A DNA stretch of 64,000 nt from Candidatus Latescibacterota bacterium (GCA_965219455.1 OZ244744.1:3680001-3744000), one strand, 5' to 3'; shown: positions 1 to 10,460, counted from the first letter of the stretch. Numbers and translations are program-made. Notes: generated from the letters alone by a model not told the origin.

Positions 1-6
1 AAAAGG

Positions 7-253
7 CAGCTATCAGCCGTCAGCCGTCAGCTAAAAGCAATAACGAACCTGGTTACGTCAACGCCATTATGTGGGCGACCGAGAAGGGCGCAGACCTCTC
101 CCCCCGGCCCCCTCTGACGGAGCCATCAGCTATCAGCCGTCAGCTGTCAGCTAAAAGAAAAAAGCCGAATCAGTTGACGTCTGCGTTCTTATGCGGACGA
201 CCGCGAAGGGCGCAGACCTCTCCCCCCGGCCCCCTCTCCTAAAGGAAAGGGGG
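7..253. repeat. Two tandem ~120-bp copies of a composite intergenic repeat (heptamer tract plus REP-like hairpin)
   Basis: cagctatcagccgtcagc(c/t)gtcagctaaaag at 7-37 and 127-157; gaagggcgcagacctctccccccggccccctct in both copies; second copy ends in the hairpin ccccctctcc-taaa-ggaaaggggg (to 253); a third copy lies at 16371-16469. Confidence 0.85.
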
Positions 254-276
254 TGCAAAACCAGGAAAACCGGCCT

Positions 277-312
277 CACACGGAGACACAAAGACACGAA
301 AGGACACAAAGG
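277..312. repeat. Short degenerate ACAC(G/A)(A/G)AG oligomer tract
   Basis: cacacggagacacaaagacacgaaaggacacaaagg: four imperfect 8-10 nt units. Confidence 0.6.
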
Positions 313-642
313 GAAAGGCAAAAGGCGGGAAGACGTGAAACGGTAGACGGTAGAAGAAATCCTTGCCCGATCTGATCTTCCTCAATTCCTCCGGTCTGAA
401 CTGGAACCTCACAGGGCAGGCAATCTCTCCCGTCTTGCGTCTTCCGTCTCCCGGCCTTTCGAAAAAGGGCAAGGGAATAGGGGACGTTAAGGGTGGGGAA
501 GATGAAAAGGAAAGGTGATTGATGCGGTAAGGCCTGTCTTCTGCAGGAGAGCAGTTCTTGTGTGGGTTGTCCGCTTTTCGGGACTGCAATTTGGCCCCCT
601 GTGTCGTCTGTTGTGAGATGATTAAAGGAGAGGAGCGGTATT

Positions 643-1578
643 ATGCCTGAGTCCGTTTTGAAATCCCTTGAAGATGGGTTCGTGCTGGGAGACGGTGGAA
701 ACGTGGAGGAAATGAGGCTGCGGGGATATCCAGCGCCGTGGGTGCTGGAAGACTTCCCCGACGCGGTGCGGCTGGTCCACCAGGATTTTTTCCGGGCAGG
801 CGCCGGCGTGATCAGAGCCCTGACGGGTTTGTGTACCCGAACCGGGCTTGGCGAGCGGGGGAAAGCGGGTGGGGTCGATCAGGTCGACGCGTTGAACCGG
901 AGGGCCGTGGCGCTGGCGAAGGGTGCGGCGCGCGGGGAGGCGCAGGTGGCGGGCACGCTGGCTCCCACGGGGGCCTTTCAGGCCGATGACGCGGGATCTG
1001 CGGACCGTGCCCGGGCGGAGTGGGAGGAACAGGTCGGGATATTGGCCGACGCGGGTGTGGACGTGCTTGTCTGTGAGTCGTTCGGGCGGCTTGACGAGGC
1101 GCGCCTGGCGCTGGCGTGCTGCAAGCGGAGCGCGCTGCCGGTCGTCGTATCGGTGGACGTCGCATTGCCGGAGGGTCGGTTGAACAATCACCTGCTTCAA
1201 GAGGATGACGTCACCGCCGATGGTGTCGCGCCTGCCGAGTGCGCACGTGTCCTGGCCGGCGACGGCGCCGACGTCGTGGGCGGGGGCGGCACGCGGGAGC
1301 CGGAAGACCTGTGGCCCGTTGTGCTGGAAATGCGGAACGCGGTGGACACCCCGATTGCCTTTTTGCCGAATGGGTATCGGACGTGCCGGCCACACTGGAA
1401 GGGGATGCGGGAGGCCATGCACGTCTACGGGATGGAACTGGGACAGTACGCGTTGAAGGCGATTGCGCACGATATTCGCTTTCTGGGCGGGTCGGACGGG
1501 GTTGTGGTACGACTCCTTCGCTCGATGGCCCAGGCATTGGACTGCGAGCGGACGCACATCGAACTCCGGCCGCGATAA
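643..1578 (+). CDS. Homocysteine S-methyltransferase family protein (BHMT-like), lacking Zn-ligand cysteines
   Basis: LGDGG...RGY...PDAVRLVHQDFFRAGA and GVDVLVCESF motifs; SD aaggagagg upstream; GxNC replaced by VGGGG and GGCCG replaced by GGSDG. Confidence 0.85.
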   Translation: MPESVLKSLEDGFVLGDGGNVEEMRLRGYPAPWVLEDFPDAVRLVHQDFFRAGAGVIRALTGLCTRTGLGERGKAGGVDQVDALNRRAVALAKGAARGEAQVAGTLAPTGAFQADDAGSADRARAEWEEQVGILADAGVDVLVCESFGRLDEARLALACCKRSALPVVVSVDVALPEGRLNNHLLQEDDVTADGVAPAECARVLAGDGADVVGGGGTREPEDLWPVVLEMRNAVDTPIAFLPNGYRTCRPHWKGMREAMHVYGMELGQYALKAIAHDIRFLGGSDGVVVRLLRSMAQALDCERTHIELRPR

Positions 1579-1702
1579 CGAATAACGAGGAATGTCGGCG
1601 GGTGGCGCGTTAAGGGCAACAGGAGGAAGAAGACGAGAACACATCGTTAGCGCCGGGCGATAGATCGGAACTCCCGGGTGATTCTTGCACAGGAGGATCA
1701 GG

Positions 1703-2620
1703 ATGGGCAGGGACATATTGAAAATGCTGGAGGAGGGCGTTGTTCTCAGCGACGGGGGGATGATTATCGAAGCGAGGTGGCGGGGGTACGATACGCCCGC
1801 TATGATTCTGGAAGATCCGGATGCGCTGCGTCAGATCCATCAGGATTTCTTCAGGGCCGGATCCCACGTGCTCCAGGCGCAGACCTGGTGGACCAGCCGG
1901 TCGCAACTCGAACGCCGTTATAAACCGGGCGACGGGCCCAGCGGGCAGGCGGCCCGCCTGGAGGAGATTTCCCGCACGGCAATCCGGCTGGCGCTGGAGG
2001 CTTCGGGTGGCGAAGCCCTGGTCGCCGGGTGCCTGAACCAGACGGCTGCGGGCTCGTGGACGGGGCCATACATTTTCAGGCCCGACAACGCACGGGCGCG
2101 CGAGCGGGCATGCGCGGAGTGGGATGAGCACATTTCCTGGATGGTGGACGCGGGCGCCGGGCTTCTCGTGCCGGAAACGTTCGCGCGGCTGGACGAAGCC
2201 CGGCTGTGCCTGTCGCGATGCAAGAAGACGGACGTCCCCGCGATGGTACTGATGGGTTCGAGCAGCCGGACGCACGACGGCGCCACGCCGGCGGAGTGTG
2301 CGAAGGTCCTGGCGGACGAGGGCGCGGATATCGTGGGTTTGGTCTGCGCTGGCGATTCAATGACCATGTGGCCGGGCGTTCTGGCGATGCGGCAGGCCGT
2401 GGATATCCCCATCGCGTATCAGCCACAGGGTTATCGCAATGCCGGCCCCAACAATTCGGTGATCCGTGAGTCAATGATCGTGTCCGGCAGCGAGATGGCG
2501 GGATATGCCCTGAAGGCGAAGGCGGAGGGAATCAACTTTATCGGCGCGTGCTGCGGCGCGGGCCCGTCGCACATCCGGGCAATGGCGCAAGCGCTGGGCT
2601 GCGAGCGCTTTCCGGTGTGA
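1703..2620 (+). CDS. Homocysteine S-methyltransferase family protein (BHMT-like)
   Basis: LSDGG...PDALRQIHQDFFRAGS, VPETF, VGLVC and IGACCG Zn-binding motifs; SD aggagg at 1691-1696 supports ATG 1703. Confidence 0.9.
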   Translation: MGRDILKMLEEGVVLSDGGMIIEARWRGYDTPAMILEDPDALRQIHQDFFRAGSHVLQAQTWWTSRSQLERRYKPGDGPSGQAARLEEISRTAIRLALEASGGEALVAGCLNQTAAGSWTGPYIFRPDNARARERACAEWDEHISWMVDAGAGLLVPETFARLDEARLCLSRCKKTDVPAMVLMGSSSRTHDGATPAECAKVLADEGADIVGLVCAGDSMTMWPGVLAMRQAVDIPIAYQPQGYRNAGPNNSVIRESMIVSGSEMAGYALKAKAEGINFIGACCGAGPSHIRAMAQALGCERFPV

Positions 2621-2788
2621 TAGAGAAGCCGGCGATGGCCATTGCGTCCAGAGGGCCAACTGGACGGAGGCTGGAGACGAATTCGCCTTGCTCCCGCGAT
2701 ATCTGATGATGGAAGCGGCGCGTGTCCGTAGTCTTTCGAAATTTGCACACTTGAACGGGCGGTAACCTCAAAACAATTGGAGGAATCC

Positions 2789-4009
2789 ATGGATGAGATC
2801 AGAATTGGCGTTGCCGGACTGGGCCACCGCGGGCTGCACTGGATACGGTTGCTGCAGAAAGTACCGGGCTACCGGATTACGGCGATCTACGACTGGATCG
2901 AGCCGCTGCAGGAGCGGGCCCTGGCCGAGATCGCCTATCGGGAAGACGTCAGGGTATTCGGCAACTATTACGATTTTCTGGCGTACGAGGGCATGGACGC
3001 GGTGGGGCTGGTGGTGAGGCAACTGGAGCAGGGAACCATGGCCGCCGAGGCGCTGGAGGCAGGTAAGCACGTCAACAGCGAGGTGCCGGCGGCCTATACG
3101 ATGGAGGAATGCTGGCGCATCGTCACAAACGTGGAGCGGACCGGGCTGGTCTACAGCCTGGCGGAGCAGACGCGGTTCTGGGGGTTCGTGGACGGTTGGA
3201 AGACACTGGTGGACGACGGGATGCTGGGAAGGATCACCTACGCCGAGGGTCAGTATCTGGGTTACTACGGCACCCATCAGTGGTTTCAGGATTTCAACAC
3301 GGGCAAACAGTATCCGGTTGAGGCGCTTTCCGACCACCCGGAGGCCGAACCCGCAAGCCCGAATTATCTGCCCTACATTATCTCGGCTTCGTACGACCTG
3401 AGCATCCTGTTGAAAATCCTCGACGACCGCGTGATTGAGGTGACGGCAATGAGCACCACGCCGCCGAGCTATACGACCCCGGAAATGCTCAACGCCGATA
3501 TCCAGGTGGCGCTGATGAAGACGGAGAAAGATACGCTGATCCGGATGCTGAACGGGTTCAACCAGCCCAGGCCGAGCGGAGACCACCACTGGTGGCAGAT
3601 GATCGGGACGAAGGGAAGCGTGGAGTGGCGGCGGTCCGGAAAAGAGAAGCCGAAATTGTGGCTGGCGGACACACAGATGAACGACTGGATGGAAGTCGAC
3701 TGGCAGTACCGTCGGACGGACGCGCCCCCGGAGGCGCGGGACAGCGGCCACGGCGATGCCGACTACTATGTGCACATGCATTTTCGGGACGCGATCCTGG
3801 GAGGCAAGACACTCGCGTTCGACGTTTACAGAGTGATGAATTCGATGGCTCCGGCGGTGCTGGCCGTGGATTCGATCGAGGAATGCGGCAGGGTCGTGAC
3901 GGTTCCTGACTTCCGACCGGGCGCGGATCGGCCCTCCGGACAGATGCCGGCAGATTTGGGCGGGATCGGCGGGCGCATCCACAATACCAAGATGCCCGGG
4001 AGGCGGTGA
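2789..4009 (+). CDS. Gfo/Idh/MocA family NAD-dependent oxidoreductase (GH109-like)
   Basis: IGVAGLGHRG Rossmann motif, GKHVNSEVPAAYTMEECW, GHGDADY; SD ggagg upstream of ATG 2789. Confidence 0.88.
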   Translation: MDEIRIGVAGLGHRGLHWIRLLQKVPGYRITAIYDWIEPLQERALAEIAYREDVRVFGNYYDFLAYEGMDAVGLVVRQLEQGTMAAEALEAGKHVNSEVPAAYTMEECWRIVTNVERTGLVYSLAEQTRFWGFVDGWKTLVDDGMLGRITYAEGQYLGYYGTHQWFQDFNTGKQYPVEALSDHPEAEPASPNYLPYIISASYDLSILLKILDDRVIEVTAMSTTPPSYTTPEMLNADIQVALMKTEKDTLIRMLNGFNQPRPSGDHHWWQMIGTKGSVEWRRSGKEKPKLWLADTQMNDWMEVDWQYRRTDAPPEARDSGHGDADYYVHMHFRDAILGGKTLAFDVYRVMNSMAPAVLAVDSIEECGRVVTVPDFRPGADRPSGQMPADLGGIGGRIHNTKMPGRR

Positions 4010-5343
4010 TGTCGTACTTCGACTTCCGGGCCTTTTGCGTGGGAATGGTCGCGGCCCTTGCCTTCGCCGCCGCCAAACCCGCCGCCGCCCAGGTTCCTGC
4101 AGAAATATTGGCCCTCAGTCCCAACATCCGGGGATTGGGCGCCGATGCGGCCGCGAGGTGGCGGGTTATCGACCTCCGGGAGGCCGAAAGCGGAACGCTT
4201 TCCGGGACCAATTCCTACGGCATCCACGCGGCCGACTTCGACGCGGATGCCGACCTGGACCTCGTGGTCGCCTTTCAGTCGGGCGGGGACAAGATACCGG
4301 GTGAGGATCGTGAATACGGCATGGTCTACTGGCTGGAGAACGTGACTGCCCCACCGGCCGCAGAATTGGTCTTTCGTATCCACCTGCTGGACGACCGGCA
4401 GGTCACGCCGAAGGACGCCGTTGTGGTACGTCGCACCGCCAGTGGCAGAACGGGCGTTGTGATCCCCGGCTATCTGTCGGGCGAGACGGTCATATACGAG
4501 ACTTCGGACGGCGGCAATTGGAGAAAGCTCAGCCTCCGGTCCAAAGCGCTCGAGCTTCCGGTTAGGGCCGTGGTTGCGGACATCGACGGAGACGATCTCG
4601 ACGACATCGTGGTCACCTCGATATCGGAATCAGGCGACAAAGTGGGGTGGTTTCGTCAAAATGCCCACGGATCGGCCTCCTGGGAGGAAGTGCCGATGCG
4701 CGTCGACCTGCCTCCCCTGATCGGCGTCGACGCAGGGGACGTGGACAAGGACGGAGACATGGACCTTGTCTGCGCCTCCGAACATGCGTCCAGGCCGTTT
4801 CTGCTGATCAACGCCGACGGCAAGGGGATCGAATGGAAGCGTGATTCCATTCGCGTGGAATCACCCGATTCGGTGCGTCAATGGGTCGCCCGCTTTTCCG
4901 ACAAACCCGTTTCCCAGGTCCACGCGCGATTCGCGGACGTGGACGCGGATGGCGACCTCGATTGCGTTGAAACCAGTCTCAGAAACGGATATTTGGCCTG
5001 GCGAGAGCAGATCGGGCCGCGGAAGGGATGGAAATTTCATGAGATCGCGGGCGGTCTGGGTCACGCCTATTCCTTCGACACGGGCGACGTGGACCGGGAC
5101 GGGCGGCTGGATATCGTGGTACCTTCCGACGGCGGGGAGGGGGTCTACGTGTTCCGGAACGCGAGGGGAGACGGAACGTTGTGGGAGGCCACCCGTCTTG
5201 GCGACGGCGCGGGCCTCAACTGGCCGAATATCGTCCGTCTCGCGGATTTCGACGGTGACGGTTACGACGATGTCATGTCCACAGACTGGGGGACACGGGC
5301 GGTCGTCTGGATCAATCCGTTCGTGCCCGTGTCCGGCGACTGA
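4009..5343 (+). CDS. Secreted FG-GAP/VCBS repeat beta-propeller protein
   Basis: Signal peptide ending PAAA-Q; repeated D(F/I/V)DxDGDxD motifs; TGATG overlap with the upstream stop. Confidence 0.88.
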   Translation: MSYFDFRAFCVGMVAALAFAAAKPAAAQVPAEILALSPNIRGLGADAAARWRVIDLREAESGTLSGTNSYGIHAADFDADADLDLVVAFQSGGDKIPGEDREYGMVYWLENVTAPPAAELVFRIHLLDDRQVTPKDAVVVRRTASGRTGVVIPGYLSGETVIYETSDGGNWRKLSLRSKALELPVRAVVADIDGDDLDDIVVTSISESGDKVGWFRQNAHGSASWEEVPMRVDLPPLIGVDAGDVDKDGDMDLVCASEHASRPFLLINADGKGIEWKRDSIRVESPDSVRQWVARFSDKPVSQVHARFADVDADGDLDCVETSLRNGYLAWREQIGPRKGWKFHEIAGGLGHAYSFDTGDVDRDGRLDIVVPSDGGEGVYVFRNARGDGTLWEATRLGDGAGLNWPNIVRLADFDGDGYDDVMSTDWGTRAVVWINPFVPVSGD

Positions 5344-7367
5344 TGGGACCCGGGCAGCCCGCGAAGGACGTTAAAGAGCGGCGAATCGTGAACGACGGGA
5401 CACAGCCGGAAGGGCGGGTGACGCTTCGGTCGATCGTGATCGGATTGTGTATCGCGATGGCCATGAGCCTGCTGGCGTGTACGGCCCGCTACATTCAGAA
5501 AGGGTCGTACATGATGGTCGCCCAGATTCCCATGGGCGTGCTGCTGCTTAGCCTGGTATCGATTCTGGCCTGCGCCGTCCTTGCCCGGAGGTTCGGGGCT
5601 GCCTTCGTATTGGCGCCATCGGAATGGATCACGGTTTTCAGCATGGGGGTCATCAGCGCCATCGGGCCCAATTACGGGGTCAGCGGGTACCTGGTGGGTA
5701 TGATGGCTTCCCCGTATTATTTCGCGACGCCGGAGAATCGTTGGGCGGAGTATCTCCATCCGCACCTGCCAGGGTGGCTGATCCCCACGAACGATAACAG
5801 GGCGATGTCCTGGTTCTATGAGGGGCTGCCGGGTCGGACATCCGTCCCATGGGATGTCTGGGGCCTGCCGCTGATCTGGTGGCTCTCTTTTGTTTTTGTT
5901 CTGGGCTTCGCCTGTATCTGTCTTTCGGTTCTCCTGCACCGCCAGTGGGCGGACCATGAAAAACTGGTGTATCCGGCGCTGGCTCCGGTACTGGAAATGA
6001 CGTCGCGGGCGGGGACCGGGAGGAGGTGGCTGCCGGAGTTTATGGAGGGCAAGGTGTTCTGGGCGGGATTCGCGCTGACGTCAATCGTCTTCTGGTGGAA
6101 TATGATCGCCTGGTTCTACCCGATGGTCCCCAGCTTTCCCACGGCAACCGGACGCTTTATCTGGGATCTCCTTCCCAAAGAATATCCGCCCTTTTTCGTC
6201 TTTCTGAGCACGCCCGTCATCTGCTTTTCCTATTTTGCCAGCCTCGATGTGCTCTTCAGCATCTGGTTCTTCGATTTCGTGTATATGATCGAAGCGGGCG
6301 CGTTGAATCGCATCGGGATCTCCGCCACGTCCCCCCACTACGGCGCCGGCCCCTATACCACAACGACCTACAAGTGGCAGACGGCCGGAGCCTTTGTATC
6401 TCTTGTCCTCTGGTGGCTCTGGATCTCCCGGCGGCACCTTCAACAGGTCCTGCAAAAGGCGCTTCACCCCAACCGGTCCTCCGTGGACGACGGGCGGGAG
6501 TTGCTCTCCTACCGCGCCGCGCTGATCGGCCTCCTGGCCAGTTGCGTATACGTCGCGGCATTTCTCGGGCGGGTTGGGGTGGAGGCCCGGATGGTCGCGC
6601 TGCTGATTCCCACGATGTTCATTGCCTATCTCTTCGTGGCCAAGGTTGTGGCCGATTCGGGAATCATCTATATCCAGCCGCCCGCTTCCGCCTGGGAGCT
6701 TTCGGGTGCGCTGGTGGGTGGCGCAAAGGCCCTGAATGCCTCCACGCGCGCAACCTACGGCCTGCTGTCATTCACAATCAGCCACCCGAGGAGCTTTACC
6801 ATGCCGCTGGTCGCGCAGATCAATCGCCTGGGCGATTTTGTCGGAAGGGACAAGCGCCGACTTTTCTGGGGGGTGTTCGCGGCATTTGTCGTCGGGGTGG
6901 TCGGTTCCACGTTGTACACGATCTGGCTGGGATACCATATGGGCGCGTACAATTTTCAACCCAACTGGCTGATCATCTACGAAGGCGAGTGGCAGTACGG
7001 GATGACCGTAAACGAGATACTGAACCCGGCGAGGATGGAGGCGATTGACTACTGGTTTCTGCTGATCGGCGCCGGAACGATGGTGATCGTGAATCTGATG
7101 CGCTACCGGTTCGCCAGGTGGCCGGTTCACCCGATCGGGTTTGCGCTGTCCGGCCTCCCGGCGGCACGGCGCATGGGATCCACGCTTCTGGTGGCGTGGC
7201 TGACGAAGCTGATCATGCTAAGGGCGGGCGGGGTGGCGTTCTACCGGCGGTCGATGCCCTTTTTCCTGGGCATGCTGGTCGGGTACATCATCGCCGTGAT
7301 GGCGGGGATGCTGGTGGACGCGATCTGGTTTCCGAATCGGGGGCACGTCGTCCACAAGTGGTATTGA
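5343..7367 (+). CDS. Polytopic membrane protein, DUF6785/DUF6784-like (putative transporter)
   Basis: Many hydrophobic segments; YFATPENRW, RQWADHEKLVYP, WPVHPIGF and PFFLGMLVG motifs; true start may be GTG 5388. Confidence 0.8.
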   Translation: MGPGQPAKDVKERRIVNDGTQPEGRVTLRSIVIGLCIAMAMSLLACTARYIQKGSYMMVAQIPMGVLLLSLVSILACAVLARRFGAAFVLAPSEWITVFSMGVISAIGPNYGVSGYLVGMMASPYYFATPENRWAEYLHPHLPGWLIPTNDNRAMSWFYEGLPGRTSVPWDVWGLPLIWWLSFVFVLGFACICLSVLLHRQWADHEKLVYPALAPVLEMTSRAGTGRRWLPEFMEGKVFWAGFALTSIVFWWNMIAWFYPMVPSFPTATGRFIWDLLPKEYPPFFVFLSTPVICFSYFASLDVLFSIWFFDFVYMIEAGALNRIGISATSPHYGAGPYTTTTYKWQTAGAFVSLVLWWLWISRRHLQQVLQKALHPNRSSVDDGRELLSYRAALIGLLASCVYVAAFLGRVGVEARMVALLIPTMFIAYLFVAKVVADSGIIYIQPPASAWELSGALVGGAKALNASTRATYGLLSFTISHPRSFTMPLVAQINRLGDFVGRDKRRLFWGVFAAFVVGVVGSTLYTIWLGYHMGAYNFQPNWLIIYEGEWQYGMTVNEILNPARMEAIDYWFLLIGAGTMVIVNLMRYRFARWPVHPIGFALSGLPAARRMGSTLLVAWLTKLIMLRAGGVAFYRRSMPFFLGMLVGYIIAVMAGMLVDAIWFPNRGHVVHKWY

Positions 7368-7556
7368 TTGCCGGGCCGGTTGGGTTGCTTTAATCGCGGA
7401 AAGCGGATAACGAATCGCCGCGGTAGTTGTTGGCCGTTAAGAAGCTGCCGCTTGGGAAATAACGTTTCGGCAAATATCTGGGTGCAGCTGATCTCCATCT
7501 GGTCTTTGACCGGCGAGCCACAGATGCTTTCGGCCACTCCCGTCGAGAAGAGTCGT

Positions 7557-10460
7557 ATGGCAAAATCGCACGTGAAGAGGAATTCGAGCAAATCCATCGC
7601 CGGATGTTCGGCGCTTTGTTCGCTGTTCGCTCTCTTGATCTTTATGCCTGCACACCGTTTCTTGATGGCTGACTCCAGTGGGCAACAGGACCCACAAGTG
7701 TCCACCTCGATATTGTCCGACGCCCAGGCTCGGCTTCTCGGCGAGGACCACGGCCTGACGGGTCGTGGTGTCACGATTGCAATTCTCGATCGAGGCATCG
7801 ACTGGTCCCATCCAGACTTTATCAGACCTGATGGCACGACTCGGATTCGCTGGCTACTGGATATGACAGGGCAGAATGGGTGCGACCCGAACAATCCGTT
7901 GCCAGTCGAGTACTCCGCGAGTCAAATCAACGATGCGCTTACAGTTGGTGCGGAGATCGATTCTCGAGATGCTGTCGGCCACGGTACGGTCACTGCTGGA
8001 ATTGCCGCAGGCAATGGGAGCGCTTTTGCAGAGGGTAAGTACGCCGGTCTCGCACCTGAAGCCGATCTGATCGTCGTGAAGATAACGTCGGAAGGGGCCC
8101 CGGCCCATGACGGCGAACCGGCGGAAGCACCTTTCAACGGATGCATCAACATCGCCCTGGACTGGCTGGGAACAAAGATGAACCTGCTTGGACAGCCAGC
8201 CGTAGCGTTGATCAACAGTGGAACCCAATTCGGCCCGATCGACGGGACGTCAGCGGTCAGCCGCAAGATCGATGAAATCTTCGGCTCGAATAGGCCCGGA
8301 CGGGTATATGTATCGCCCGCGGGGGATGAGGGTGGTTTGCCAAATCATTCCAGAGCCGACTACGACAACACTGGCGACACAGTCGTATCACTGACCAAGA
8401 AGAGCGGATCTGAGCCGTCGTATCTGTACATTTGGTACACGGGAACTTTGGGCGCGGAGGTTACGGTTGAATTCGCTGAAGGTACCAGAGTCGGGCCGGT
8501 TGGTTCCGGCGAATTTCTGGATGAGTCGGGAATCACGATCATTCAGTACGAGCCGGGGCAGGAGTTCTATCCATGGCAATCCACCGGGGGGGACCGAGCG
8601 GTTTGGATTCGCGTTCAAGGTCATGAGGGTCCAGGATCTGTTCGAGTCCGCGGTGTCGAGCCAGGTTCGGGGCACTTTGATCTCTATGGCGACCAAGGTG
8701 GCGCGAATCTCACTTCGACCTTGACGTTTCACGATCACATCGTTTCCGGACGATTGAACGACTACTCGTCAACGACTTCGGCGATCGTCGTGGGTGCCCA
8801 CGTAGTGCGCCACCAGTACACGGACATTGATGGGATTCCACGAAATCTTTCCTCGGAGGGACTAACGGGGGATCTATATTTCCAGTCTTCCGGTGGACCG
8901 ACCAGGGATGGGCGGCTACCCGGGGTTGACATCACGGCAGCCGGTCACAATACGTTCGCAGCTTTAGCACAAAACTCCTACTGGGCGACCCTGCGCGGCA
9001 ACATGGTTCAGGACGGTGGTGGCTGGTATGTCCGCGGCGGTGCTACCAGTGGCGCAGCACCCATTGTCGTGGGTGCGGTCGCGTTGATGCTCGAACTGAA
9101 GCCGAACCTGACTGCGGAACAGGTCAGGGCCATTTTAAGAGATACGGCCGTGTCGGATACGGCAACCGGTACGACACCGAATCCGGCTTGGGGATTTGGA
9201 AAGCTGAACCTGCCGGCCGCAATAGGCGCAGTTCAAAGGTTGTTAGACATATCTGACGAAGGCGGCTTTGCTCATGCCGCAGACCCCCCGTATAACGGCA
9301 CGGTCTGGATTGACCCGAACATCATCACTTCGTCCGATCCGACCGCGTTCCAGCATATAACGCCAGGAGGAAGGGGAGAGCGGACGATGTACGACAGGCG
9401 AGTTAATGGCAGGATCACGGTCAATGCATTTCTGTTCAACGTACAGTTTGATGATGGGCTGTCCACCGAGATTCAGGTCAATCCAGAGTTCGGCAGTGTA
9501 TCCGCCGCGATGGCGGAGGCGGACAAGTACGGGCGAATAATCGGCCGATTACCGGCCGTTCTTCGAAGCGATGCCGCAACTGTCTGGATTCATATGGGAA
9601 AAAATCCTCTTGGAGGTGGAAATAACAATATTCTCATCCACGTAGATCGCGCCGAAAACTCAAACGAGAGGGGATTTTTGGAAGAGGAATTGGTTCACGA
9701 GGGAGCGCATACGTCACTGGATTCAAGACATTCGAACGCTCCCGGCTGGCTCGCTGCCCAAAAGGATGATGGCAACTATGTTTCCAATTACGCCCGCGAC
9801 CATCCTCAAAGAGAAGACATAGCTGAGTCGTTTCTGTCGTACCTGGCTGTCCGATATCGATCAGCTCGCATCTCGCCATCTTATGAGCAGGCGATATTGG
9901 AGACGATTCCGAATCGGATAGCTTACTTTGACGCTCAATCATTCGACGATGCCATGTATCCGGTCATTGCGGATCTTCGACTTCCCCAGACCTTGAAAAA
10001 GGTCTCCGGCGATAATCAGCAGGGTGCGCCCGGTACCGCGTTGGCCGATCACCTGGTCGTTGAAGTGCGGAATCAGAATGGTACTGTACTTGAAGGTATT
10101 CAGGTCAGGTTTGCCGTCGCGTCTGGTGGCGGGCAACTCTCTGTTGCAACGACGATGACGGATTCGAGCGGTAGAGCAGCGAGCACGCTGACGCTTGGGA
10201 GTAGCCCAGGCACGAACACTGTAGCGGTAACAGTCTCAGGGTCCGATCGGTCTGAGACCTTTTTGGCGGAAGCTCTGGCTACACCCGACTTCGATGGCGA
10301 CGGTACCGTTGGCTTTGCCGACTTTTTGCAGTTTGCAGCACAGTTCGGATTAAGTCAAGGGGATGCGGGGTATGAAGCGCGGTACGATCTGGATGGGGAT
10401 GGGACCATTGGGTTTGGTGATTTTCTGATCTTTGCTGGCAAATTCGGCCTGCCTGTCTGA
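7557..10460 (+). CDS. Secreted multidomain protease: S8 subtilase + HEXXH zincin domain + Ig-like (Big_1) + C-terminal dockerin-like EF-hand pair
   Basis: S8 triad AILDRGID / VGHGTVTAG / GATSGAAP; LVHEGAHTSLD...EDIAESF; KVSGDNQQG...VEVRNQNG; PDFDGDGTVGFADF...YDLDGDGTIGFGDFLIFA; start codon uncertain. Confidence 0.85.
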   Translation: MAKSHVKRNSSKSIAGCSALCSLFALLIFMPAHRFLMADSSGQQDPQVSTSILSDAQARLLGEDHGLTGRGVTIAILDRGIDWSHPDFIRPDGTTRIRWLLDMTGQNGCDPNNPLPVEYSASQINDALTVGAEIDSRDAVGHGTVTAGIAAGNGSAFAEGKYAGLAPEADLIVVKITSEGAPAHDGEPAEAPFNGCINIALDWLGTKMNLLGQPAVALINSGTQFGPIDGTSAVSRKIDEIFGSNRPGRVYVSPAGDEGGLPNHSRADYDNTGDTVVSLTKKSGSEPSYLYIWYTGTLGAEVTVEFAEGTRVGPVGSGEFLDESGITIIQYEPGQEFYPWQSTGGDRAVWIRVQGHEGPGSVRVRGVEPGSGHFDLYGDQGGANLTSTLTFHDHIVSGRLNDYSSTTSAIVVGAHVVRHQYTDIDGIPRNLSSEGLTGDLYFQSSGGPTRDGRLPGVDITAAGHNTFAALAQNSYWATLRGNMVQDGGGWYVRGGATSGAAPIVVGAVALMLELKPNLTAEQVRAILRDTAVSDTATGTTPNPAWGFGKLNLPAAIGAVQRLLDISDEGGFAHAADPPYNGTVWIDPNIITSSDPTAFQHITPGGRGERTMYDRRVNGRITVNAFLFNVQFDDGLSTEIQVNPEFGSVSAAMAEADKYGRIIGRLPAVLRSDAATVWIHMGKNPLGGGNNNILIHVDRAENSNERGFLEEELVHEGAHTSLDSRHSNAPGWLAAQKDDGNYVSNYARDHPQREDIAESFLSYLAVRYRSARISPSYEQAILETIPNRIAYFDAQSFDDAMYPVIADLRLPQTLKKVSGDNQQGAPGTALADHLVVEVRNQNGTVLEGIQVRFAVASGGGQLSVATTMTDSSGRAASTLTLGSSPGTNTVAVTVSGSDRSETFLAEALATPDFDGDGTVGFADFLQFAAQFGLSQGDAGYEARYDLDGDGTIGFGDFLIFAGKFGLPV

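Noticed and set aside
7-253. CRISPR array
   Set aside because: Only two ~120-bp units, their intervening sequences are similar to each other, and no cas genes are present
239-589. 116-aa minus-strand protein
   Set aside because: Low-complexity translation of intergenic repeat tracts
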